The position numbers and the translations under genes are program-made. Below, in pieces: positions 15,636-27,200 of a stretch of DNA of 64,000 nt. The first letter of the stretch is position 1. Every line of letters starts with the position of its first letter. Location of the stretch: positions 622,282-686,281 of the forward strand of contig JAQGDQ010000016.1 in assembly GCA_030141605.1 (NCBI GenBank), given 5' to 3'. The stretch comes from Tubiluchus corallicola (taxonomy: Eukaryota > Animalia > Priapulida). Below the pieces are notes generated by a model. That model worked only from the letters and a program-made list of their open reading frames with translations, was not told where the DNA came from and did no database searches.

Positions 15636-16100
15636 TCAGCTGAACAAATTTGGAGAATGAGCCATCACAGCAGCAGAAGAAACTATCGTGTAAATGCTAA
15701 ATAACCATAAACTGGCTCTGTCTATTACCATGGCCGCAAACTTCCAGTCATTATTTAACATCCTTTCGTTCTCTTCCTGACGCAGGCGATCTGTTATGAT
15801 AGACAACTCTTTCAAAATGAACGAAAGTTCTGATCGTGCGCTGTTCGGCACACCTGCATGAACATTATTGTCCGTTTCATAAACATTTCCCGTTTTCGTA
15901 CAATTTCCTAAAAAGTTGTTGCCACTTTTAAAATCGTCGTCCAAGTCAAGAACGTTGGCTAGCAGACTTCGCGAACATCTTTCCTTGAGTTCTAGCTCCT
16001 TGAGCTTGGAATTTATAAGCAAACGTTTTTCTCTTTCTTTGTCAACTGGTCGCTCCATGCGTAGAATTCTGGGAAGCCAGTTTAAGAACAACTTTCTCAT
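15636..16100 (-). CDS. nAChR last exon (intracellular loop, MA helix, M4, stop)
   Basis: Acceptor TTGTCTAG at 16101-16102; [15 protein letters not shown]...[15 protein letters not shown]...[22 protein letters not shown]...*. Confidence 0.95.
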   Translation of the reverse strand: MRKLFLNWLPRILRMERPVDKEREKRLLINSKLKELELKERCSRSLLANVLDLDDDFKSGNNFLGNCTKTGNVYETDNNVHAGVPNSARSELSFILKELSIITDRLRQEENERMLNNDWKFAAMVIDRASLWLFSIYTIVSSAAVMAHSPNLFS

Positions 16101-19100
16101 CTAGACAACAAAACAAAACCTGGTACATTATTTAAAATAGCAATTTCTTCTAGAAGTTTTAATCTTCAAAAACAAAGACATCTACGAAAGAGAAGGGGTT
16201 CTTCACAAACAAAGGCATCTACGAAAGAGAAGGGGTGTTTAAATGTTTCCAAAATAGACGTTTGAGTATCGAACCTAACTGCTGTTTCATTTACATAGCC
16301 GCCGGAGCTTCTTAGATCGCGAATTGTAGATCTTAAATGAAGTTACAACTAAGCCATTGACAGTTTTTCAAACTTAGGCTACTGAACAAGTTCCGGAAAT
16401 CGTTCTGCGTCACTTGGAATGAGTTTTCACGAATTTGAGTAAGTTGCTACTAGTGCTGAAATATGACAGTAAATATTGTGGGATGCTCACTTAATTATTC
16501 ATAATTTCTACTTCAAGATTCTAATAATAAGTAGAATGAACTCACAGCTACAAAATTTTGAAAAACGACTGCCAAAATAAGGCAATGTGATAACAAGTTG
16601 GGACTGAGCCTGGATTTACAGCAGGAGTCTTTAAACTTAGACCATGAGACCACACACCCCCTTGTAGTCAGCCCCTAATTTAATTCTAATACCGCGCCAA
16701 CTCATCAAACATTTCAAAGTCTTAGTTTATTCAAATCAGGGTAGCTGCTACCTAATTAGTTAAATTCTGTACTTATATAAGCCTGATTAATTACAAAACT
16801 AGTGTAGATTCTTCAAGCGCAACTGAAAATTCCAAAGGGGCAATGTACTTCCAAAGTTGCTTTATTAAATATACTTACAAAAGGCGACATGCGGTACATC
16901 TCGGCAGTTCTGTGATGAAAATTAAGCACAAGCACAGAGGTTGCCACAGACATGGCACACATTATCATTATACAGGCAAAATACGTACCTAAAAATATAT
17001 AAAAACATCAAAAGAGTACTTATGAAAAATTCATTACGCTTTAGGTGATTTTAATCGAGGAGTTATTACACTATGAGTGTTACCCGATAGCGGTTAAACA
17101 ACTTACATAATAAACTTACAAAATAAAGATATTTTAATCTGTACTGGAAGCTTGAAGCTGGAATTCCCAGATTTATCACAAAGACAAAAGTAAATTGTTG
17201 TTTTGGAAATGTTCAGCAGTATTAAATCATCTCGGAAAAATCAACCACACGAAAGTTGCTCAAAATAACCATAACCATGCGTACTTATGATTATTCCTTA
17301 ACATACAGGAAGAGTGTATTGTGATTATAAACAGACCTGCAAATTATTAAAAAAAAAAAACTTCCAGAATGTCTGGACCCTATATCATGGGTCATCGTTG
17401 GCCGTCTTTCAATTTCAAGCAAATAATGTTCAAATAATTCTTAGTCCCACCAAAAATATTAACGTTGCAGTTGATAGCTTAAATCGTGACCTTACTAAAA
17501 TTCAAATTTGGTGTTCTAGGCGGGGCATGATAATGAATGTTCATAAAACTAAAGCAATTTTAAACTCGCGCAAAGTAGTCCCATCAAACCTTAAAGGTAT
17601 ATATTTTGACAATACTGAAATTGAAGTGGTCGATAATATAAAGCATCTGGGCATTATTTTTGACTTGAAACTTACTTGGAGCCATCACGTAAATTTATCG
17701 AAACTAAAGCTAATAAGATAATTAATATTTTTCACCAACTAAAATATAAACTATGTTAATAAGATAATTAATATTTTTCACCAACTAAAATATAAACTGT
17801 GTACCTTTAACTTGATTACTTTTTAAGGCATTTGTTAGACCTGTTATAGGATATGGTATTGTAATTTGGTCAAATTGCTCAACGGCAAATTTCATTAGAA
17901 TTGAAAGAGTGTAATATCGAACTATGTTGCTAATATCTGGGACGATGAAGGGGTCGAACCAACACAATCTTAACTCAGTGCTCGGTTTGCCACCATTCAA
18001 AATGAAGAGTGAACTTCAAACTGTTCGAATAATCAAAAAAATATATTATAATCAAGCGCCTCAAAACTAGATTGAAATATTAAATGAGTTTCGTCCCAAC
18101 AACCACTATGCTCTACGTGACCCATTTCTTTTAAAGCCTATACGACAGTTGTATAACAGCTTTTGCCAAAAAGGCATTCGCCTGTGGAATAATTTACCAA
18201 TTGAAAACAGACAGGCTTTGCTTTCTGCATTTGCCTTTAAAAGTTGGTTGTCGAACGTATGGGGAGATCGTACTAAATCAGTATGCCCCTTTTATAATGA
18301 TGATCGAAGTAATGAGATTTCAACAAATAGAATCATTGCCAATTTTTATACTATTATGTACAACGACATTTTGCATAAGCTCAGATCAGGTCATCCATCC
18401 AGTGGCATTCTCTTCAAATTGTTGCAGAACTACATAAAGTCCACTAAACGTTTTGTTAACTGATTATACGTATAATTGTATTTTAAGTTATTATGTAGAC
18501 TGTCCTTCAATCAAATACTCTTTAATAAACAACTTATGTTAGAATCAACTATAAGTTATTGCTGTAATAACCGTAATACTACACTAACTGTATTAATTTC
18601 ACATGTATTGGATTTCTGAATTAAGTAGCAACATTGTACATTACAATGCACAACTTGCACTTTGCATGTGCTTATAGGTTTATGTACATTTCGATAATCG
18701 TTTCTATTGTATGGGTTTTGTAAATTTTAATTAAGTAGTAACTTATGAACTAGTCGTATTTTTGAATTAACTATTTTGAGTTATTACATACTGAAACTAA
18801 CTAATTGTATATTTCACCACTGCACATAGTGGAAATAGTTACTGTGTTGTAAATTCACTCAAAATAAATAAAGTTTATATATAAATAATTCTTGACTTCA
18901 AAAATATCCGTAAAATGAAAACTATTACAGATCATTACGTGAAAATGATCACATGACTGTCAGTGATACAGCGCATCAAAAAATTCAACACATATATAAA
19001 CTAACATCTATGACACACAGCAAGCACACATCACAACACTAAACACCCAGCTCTAATAATGAGAACTAATATAGTGGTAAAGCTACTGATGCTAACTAAA

Positions 19101-22100
19101 AACTTAAAGCCAAGCTGTCTACCAGTAACATACAAGCTGCAAAGGTAAATGATTGATTCAGCCAAATAGTCAGCCAGTCGCCTGCTACTTAAAGACTGGT
19201 GGACTGGGAGACCGTATTATTCAAGATTTGGTCTGTTGGCTCAGGACAGCTAGCTAATTTTTTTTGTTCAACAACTGCCGGCCTAAAATTTTGGAGAGTG
19301 GTGGCAATTACTAGGTTTCCATTCCATGATGTTTAATTGTATTACTGTACTCGCCGATGACTGCAGGCGTTAGTTACTTTATGAGCCTCGTCGAGTATGT
19401 TTCTTTTATATATTCCGGAACGTATTGTATAATTGTCACTGTTATCTTGCACAATTCTAGCATTTTAACTCATGCCCTCTACAAAACAACACTAAAGAAT
19501 CACAACAACATTACAAATGCTTTACATTACACAGGTAGACTCACTGACACACTAAACGACTTCTGAAAAAGCAACGATTAAGCACCGATCAGCCGTGCAG
19601 GGAGTAAGGGCTGAAAGTTTCACACCAAGTCTTACCAATGAGGGGCACCGCGTCAGACGTGTGGGGGACCTGTTCTTGCACCAACAATAGAAACAACATC
19701 AAGGCTAGCAATACCGTGACACCTGCAAGACAAGCGTGAAACTCTGCTAATTAATGCTTACCAATTAAGGGCACAGCATCTGAGGTAGCGGGCATCGTCT
19801 CGGCCACTAATAGTAAGAAGACCATGAGACTCAGCAGAATCGTCACACCTGGAACAGGAACATAAACGAGTGTGTGTCGACGCACTGCCAGCAGGCAACG
19901 TCTTGCATTGCGCCTCTCTGATTTCATAACTGGTATTAAACTGTTTTATTAAACTGAAAATACGATTATAACATGTGTCGCAAGCTGTAGTAAACTAATT
20001 TCTGCTGTTTATCCCTTTATTTCCAAAAAAGTTCCACCACACAAAGCCTATTTGTGAAGCTACAACTTGTAATTTGAGTATGATAAATACAGCAGAGTTT
20101 TTAACCTTCGAGTTACGAACACTTTTAAGAATATGGTGAAGCTATGGACCCTCGCTACAAAGAGCACATAAGCAAAACATTTAACATACAATAAATGTAC
20201 TCTATTTTGTTAAAAACTGAATGACTATTAGGGATAATCTTTACAAAGCATTATGTCCTCTATTTTGTTAAAAACTGAATGACTATTAGGGATAATCTTT
20301 ACAAAGCATTATGTCTTTTATTTTCTTTCATTTAAAAAATTTTAAGACCGAAATACATCCAATTTCTGCAAGTAATTTTTTATCTAACGCTCAGGCACCG
20401 CTGAAGACCGCTGAAGTTGTACGTGGACGCCAGGTTAAGGACCCTTGATTTATACTGTAGTAGTAAATTTTTATTTTCCAAAACGTGCGCTGCACATGTT
20501 TCCGACATTTTTGATAATTTGTCACTTAACTAAAATGAAACAACCAATCTTCATTATCAACAACACAAATTAAGCAACGCTATCCTACAGTCTGCGCAAT
20601 GCTCTAGAGTACAATCTATCGAATAATAAATACAGCATACGTCTACAAGCTAGCACTTCTCCGAGGTCTTTTCAATTTAGAGCAAAGAACGTAGGCTGGC
20701 GGGTTCAATTCCTACATTAAAGCACTTACACAATGTAAGCTTCTCCCCTGAATCCGGAGGCAAAATGAACACTAACAGCGTCATGGTCGATATTAGGAAG
20801 CACGGTATCAACAGATTGTAGGTATAGTAGAGAGTTCGCCTACGGATGACGATAGTATAAGTGACATCATAATATGGCGCCGGACAGCATTCATATTTCT
20901 TGATATTTAGTTTAGCTGGCACACCTGTAACAGGTAAAATAGCACAATGATTAAAATCGACGTATAAATGTCAAACAAGATGAACACACAATGCGTTTTG
21001 TGACTGTGGAAAAAATTGTATGAACACACCACAGAAACCTATTGCAATAATTTGGACTTTTGTAAAAAGAGGGATAGAGTGATTTCTAAAAACAGCACGT
21101 TGTCATCGTTGGTGTTCATCAAATGTACCGGCGACATCCTTTTTTAAACAGTTTAGCACACTGCAACCTGGAAGTCATCGCCGTGCTACTAAAGTCCAAT
21201 TCTAATTGTGGCAGGACCGGCATCTAGTTGATTTATTAAGACTAAGACTATCTTACAAGAAGAAACACTGAACTAAGTGCAACTCCCCAAGAGTCCACTG
21301 CCTTACTGTCCACTGCGCAACCGACCTAGAGTCCTGCAACAAAGCAGAAAACTTGACCACCGCAATATCTCTCGCCCCATTCCCTGTAGGAGTACCTGGT
21401 ATATCTAGTTCATTTTATGTATATATTGTATAGTAACAAAACAATTCGTGGGCAGGGGCTTCAAATAAATCAGACTGCTTAAAAAACTTTACTGATTTCA
21501 AGAGTCGATTTAACAGCATGTTCCCCGTGTTTTCCGTGCCAAAATTTGATAGTGTACAGTGAATCACAAGGGAGAAAAACATTTCCATATTCCCAATTAA
21601 ATTGATTTTTCTCCTTTCAGATGACACAAAAAGCATTCAGTGGATTCTACCACAAAGTTAATAACTTAGCTGAAACTGGAATGGATTATCGATTATTTGA
21701 CTTCTACTTTTGAAAATATACCATAATAGTTTTTTCCAGGCAGTGTGTAAATTTGCAAGCGATACCTACACACAGAAATCACGTTATAATCTAGTTGCAC
21801 TATAATCAGGATATAGTTGCACTTGCAAATTATAATTACAGTAAATTGTTTTTGTAGTCTCTAAATCTTCAATAATAGATGTTTTATTTTGGAATGATAG
21901 GGTTGGCTGGAGAAGCATTTACCATCATGTATGTGTATTAAAATTCGTGAACTTTTTGGAACTTAATTTTAAATGGCAAAAGTCGGATGTTAAAACGTTA
22001 CCAATAGAACATTACTCAATGTGATACCTACTACTTGTAATGCAAGCAATGCGGTTATCTTGCATCTTGCTCACATTGTAGCGTATTCAAAGTTTGCAAA

Positions 22101-24225
22101 TCCCTGATTCAAAAAGGTAATCAAGATGAAATGCTACCAGTTACCCAAAAGGTCAAAACTTTTCTTATTAGAACTCAATAAATACAAAACCATTTGTCTA
22201 TTTTGTATCGTGTTGAAGATATACAGCATTTCTGAAAACGTGTCATTAAATCTAGCGAAATTAGCAATGTAGAGCTTAACAGTAACATAATCAGATATTG
22301 TGCAAATGAGTTAGCACTTTGTCGGTTCTAAATAACATCCTAATTTTCATAAATGAACACTTGGTGATTAAATTTATTTTTACCGACTCTTTTTAATCAA
22401 AAGTGATTTAATCTATTAACAAAACTTTTATGAAGCCGAATTAATCTAATATATCTATCAGTCTTGTTGCCACAATTGAATAAGATCTAACCACTTGACA
22501 AAGGTCCTAGTCATCGAGAATATGATTTAAAAATTATCAACTACTTGGCATGCAAATTAAAAGTGTCTGGATTGAGATTACTAAATGTCGAACTCCAAAT
22601 TACCAAAGCTTTAATCTTGACATCTCAAAATAGCATCCCTTCACTGTCAATTTATTAAGGATCCGAATTACCAAGCCCTTTTCAGGCGGTCACCCAAGTA
22701 TTTGATCTACCAAGTGTTCAGCTCACAAGTTTGCATATACAGAAATCAACAGGTTCATCTAAAAAGTACGCCCAACAGATGGTGGTAAATGCCTTTTGAA
22801 TGTTTCCAGATGAACGAGATTCATCAATGATCCATGCGACGCACTTGACCCAGGTGCGGACAACTGGCTTCAATTTCGATAAAACAGTTTAATCATTCAA
22901 ACACTTCAAATTCCCACGATCCATAAAACATGAAGGAGTAAGCTGGAGGGCGAATTTGTCGCGTTTGACATTGATTTTAAGATCGAATCGCCTGTTAGCA
23001 CGATAAGCTGACTATGCAGCTTTTCGTCAATATCTTTAACAAGAGTCCACTTTCTCGCGAATTTGGCAAAAAACATGACCCGATATAAGGTACATTTAAG
23101 AATTTGAACACCTGACCATGAACTAAGAACTTTCTCACTTACTATGTTAGTGTGATTACTGCCTAGAAAAAGGGAAGTTATTAGATAAGCGAAAAATAAT
23201 GTTTCTTCTGCATGGCAAGGCATGAACGTGCGCAGAGCTTGAGTTTCTAAGAGACTAACATTGAATTCAATTCACAGCTTGGAATTTTTCTTTGTTCCAG
23301 GTAGTGGGCCTAATGAGGTCGAAATCTATTACTGTATTACCATATTACCAGTTACAATTAAAAAGAGTAATTGGTAACCTCTTCAGCGTTGTACGTGTAT
23401 TATTAGGCATTGCTAATTTTATTTTAGCTTTAGCTCCGGCCTGTCAAAAATCATTAAAAGTTACATGAACTTATTTCACTCTCATGATCGTACCTATAAG
23501 CGTCCACTCTCCGTTAGCAATGAAACCCGCCGTCTCACCCGCTTCTGAGGCATTGGTCAGATCAAGACCAAACCCGTCGTATGTCCAGGATCCGAACTTC
23601 ATCGGACACTCTTGTTCGTCAAATGGAAACCATGCTATGTTGATCTTACAAGTGCTCTTAAATATACCAGGTGGTATGTGGGTACAATTGCCGTCGTGAA
23701 GAACAACAACATTGACAGGAAAAGAACCATCAAATCTCTCATCAGCACTGGAGAAAACAAATCGAGCAATAAAGTTAATACTATTACTACAAATCACTAT
23801 GAGTCACTATAAATTTGTTTGCGTAATAACGAAAATAATTTCCCAATTTTGATTATTTCCTTTAGTTGTTTTACTAAACTGTTTACAATTCCGAAGTAAA
23901 CCGACACAGCGTGAATACCCAGCGTTATTGACACTTCAGACGGCCAATTCAAATGTACCAATAATAGCTGATATTTCAGTTTTACTCTTCCTTTTGCTTC
24001 CGTTTGTTCAGCTTCTAATTCCGTTTCCTTACTCATTTTATCTACCAGCACCTACTTATCAATCTCCCTCTACGCTCTTACTTATCTATCTATCTACCTT
24101 TCTACTACCAGCCTGCCTACCTACGTATGTACGTACGCACGCACGCACGCGTATACATACATACATACATACATACATACATACATACATACATACATAC
24201 ATACATACATACATACATACATACA

Positions 24226-24257
<32 letters not shown>

Positions 24258-27200
24258 CACATACACATACACCTATCTACCCATTTACCAAATTACCTAT
24301 TTACTTATCTACCAGCCTAACTACCTATTTACCTACCAGCCGACTCACACATCAATCATGCTACTTACGAAAATTTACTAACCACTGGGATACAAACAGT
24401 ATATTATACACCTGCCTGTGTACACTCAGGCACGCATGCACGTACTGCTTGTTTAAAGAGCAAAAGCATGACAGCTAGAGTTTTTCAAATATGACGATTT
24501 ATTCCTAAAAATCAGCGATTCTAGACGCATAAGTAAAATACACCAGCGCATTTATTGATGACTTCCGACAACGAATATATTCAGCACATTTTAGACATTA
24601 TCCAATCAAGTAAGCAAGATTTATAGCAATCTAGTCATCAAAATATTGACTCGAGTTACAGAACTGACAGCTGATAGCAGATTGCTAGAAAGAACCTGTA
24701 ATCATAAATATTATAAACAATTAATAATGATTACATGGTTATTATAATAAACCATGAAAAATGAAAGGGTGTCACTAAACACAGTAATATATAGCACAAC
24801 AAAGTAATGCTAAAATTACAGGATTAACACACTCATAAAAAGAGATAAAACCTGTATAGTGATTTTGATTCTGCATGTTTTTGAAAAAATTAAAAATGTT
24901 ATATTATTTTCCTTCCCATCGTATGTTTATTCTTTTGCTTCACGTAGAAAAAGTACACGTTGTTATGCTGAAACATGCAACCATGCAGTTTGACGCAAAT
25001 TTGAATAGTGATTGTTCCTCTAATTACTGAACATAAAAATTGTTTGTCTTAATCGTTTTATGTAAGCTAGTTTTCTCACATTGATCTATAACTGTGATTG
25101 CGTAATGTATATTATGATATTGTAAATTGCTATATATTACATTGTTTGGCCAGCTTAAGTGCTGCCAATTCCAGTTATAGAAATTTTCTTAAATTTAATT
25201 TCTTAAATAAAAATCATTAATATTTTTATTTATAAAATTACATGACTGACAAGTAATTGCTCGAAGTTACTCTAATAAACAAAAAAGTTACTGTCCCAAC
25301 TTACAAAACAAAAGTTACAGAAAAGGAGAATTACTAACCTATTGTACATAAGTATATCCGGTTTCCAAATTTTACTCGGAGCAATGCGAATGTTAGTAAT
25401 CCCTCCATAATCATCAGGGTCCCAGACAAGATTTGAATCCTTCCACTCCTATAATGTTAATCACTAATCAATATCCCAATCATATCAATTCTATAATCAA
25501 TGTCTAGCATCAAAACTGTAACTGGAAATGAAAGAAATAAGCGTTTTTATATTTCCTTGGTAGACAGCTCATGGCGCTGGCCTGCAGCGTTACTAATAAA
25601 TACACTAAAATGCTTCACACCTATCTTTCATCTTTCGCGTTTCAGCTATTATACATCCCATTAAATTTTATGCTATTGAAAGTGGACAAGCTTGAATCAG
25701 TTTGTATGCTCAGTTACTAAAAATAGCTTATAAATGTATAACGTAATTACTTTGTTTTGATTTTCTGAAAAAACTACGATTACTTTGGCAAATCATTGGG
25801 AAAAATAGGAACGCTGGTCATCACTTCAAATAGTTGTGAACAGGAAAGAAAATATTACGTGTTTGATATATAGTTTGAGAAAGAAAAATTGGATATCTAA
25901 GCAGAAATGCTATAAAAGAGTCGAAATTTGATGACGGCTTAAGATAAGATAAACGTGTATTTTACAAACGTCGATCTAACAAACACACAACTACAAGCTG
26001 CAAGAGCTTATGTCACCGACGAAAGAGCGGCTTGTCTAAAATATTGCAATAAAAATCACTTGTGTCTAGCAGAAATAATTAGGAGATTGCTCATACTGGA
26101 TATTGTTCTCTTAATAGGGAATCACGTTCAAAGTTGACAAATGAGATACCGTCAAATGATGATGATGACGATGTTGATGTAATCATGAACTGAATTCTGA
26201 AGCAAATACAATGATTATTCAGGTAAACTTAACTGGAGTGTCAAGTTACAGCGTGCAATTTCGTTAACGCTATGGTTTGCCCGTTCAAAGTTTATCGAAG
26301 AAGGTATGGCAGTGGTAACTAAGGAATCCTGTGCAGATTGGTTACTGTGTTTTCTGACTGACACAAGACGTTCACAAGACGTAAAAGAAACGTAACGCAG
26401 AAAACATTAATGTCTCTGCTATATCAACGCGAACATTTCGTCATTACTAATTCAGGCTCAGAAGTGTGAACACTATCTTATTACCATAATGTCTACAATG
26501 TTACGAAGGCAAAGCTGTAAGAGTAATTTGTCTTAAGGAACTGAAAGGCGCATAACTTTGCATATGAATCCTATAATTATGTCGACGATAGTCATCATTC
26601 CAGATTCTTGCACTGTGCCAAGAAGTAGTAGTAATAGCCACATTTTACAAAAGCAAAGCTAAACTATGTAACAAGAATGAGTTTGTTGGTAGGCCAAACT
26701 ACCGAAACCATTAACTTTAAGCCAGGTCAATAAATGGATACGTGCCCGCCGAAAAAAGTGCTGCAGCTTTTTAGCTAGCTGAAAGATCGTGGATCCCATC
26801 GTGGATGAACATCGCAGATTAATCAACCTTGTCAGATCAATGTGTCATCTTGGAGAATTATTCTCAATATTGGACACGTTCTAGTCCTGCAAAACCACTT
26901 GTATCAACTAGACCATGCCACTGTGGGAACACTGCAGACTGTCGAAATGTACCAGGTGTAATCCTAGCTCAAAAAACGATCGAAGCAGCCATTAATGCGT
27001 CAAATCTCAGAGTTTATTGTTGCCAAGGTTACGTTATTTTCTACGAAGGCATACGTATCTTTTGTGGGTAAAGCAAAATGGTATTGATACATAATTGCAG
27101 ATCCAATTCGTCAAGTGTGTAACATGTTGTTCTCGTTCGTAAATTCTCTGTCACAGTTGTTGCTCTCTGTCAGAATTCGATGTGCTTGATAAGTTCGCTT

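Noticed and set aside
19040-19136. Minus-strand frame [14 protein letters not shown] resembling an alternative M3 exon
   Set aside because: No acceptor in the required phase (the TTTGCAG acceptor leads to a stop), no HHR motif and no good donor.
19357-19566. Plus-strand [11 protein letters not shown]...IIVTVILHN, vaguely M3-like
   Set aside because: Wrong strand for the receptor and similarity at chance level.
19586-19610. Possible third M2-like exon ending ...LIG|GT
   Set aside because: Only 25 nt, no M2 similarity apart from LIG, weak donor GTGCTT.
20690-20716. GTAGG..GGTTCAATT..CCTAC B-box-like hairpin next to the exon 7 donor
   Set aside because: No A-box or cloverleaf; a 5-bp stem is not significant.
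22500-23300. Coding-like decayed stretches here and at 2579-6000, 26700-27350, 45477-46000, 47833-49215 and 56990-57419
   Set aside because: Many stops and no recognisable motif; probably old transposon or gene debris that needs a homology search.
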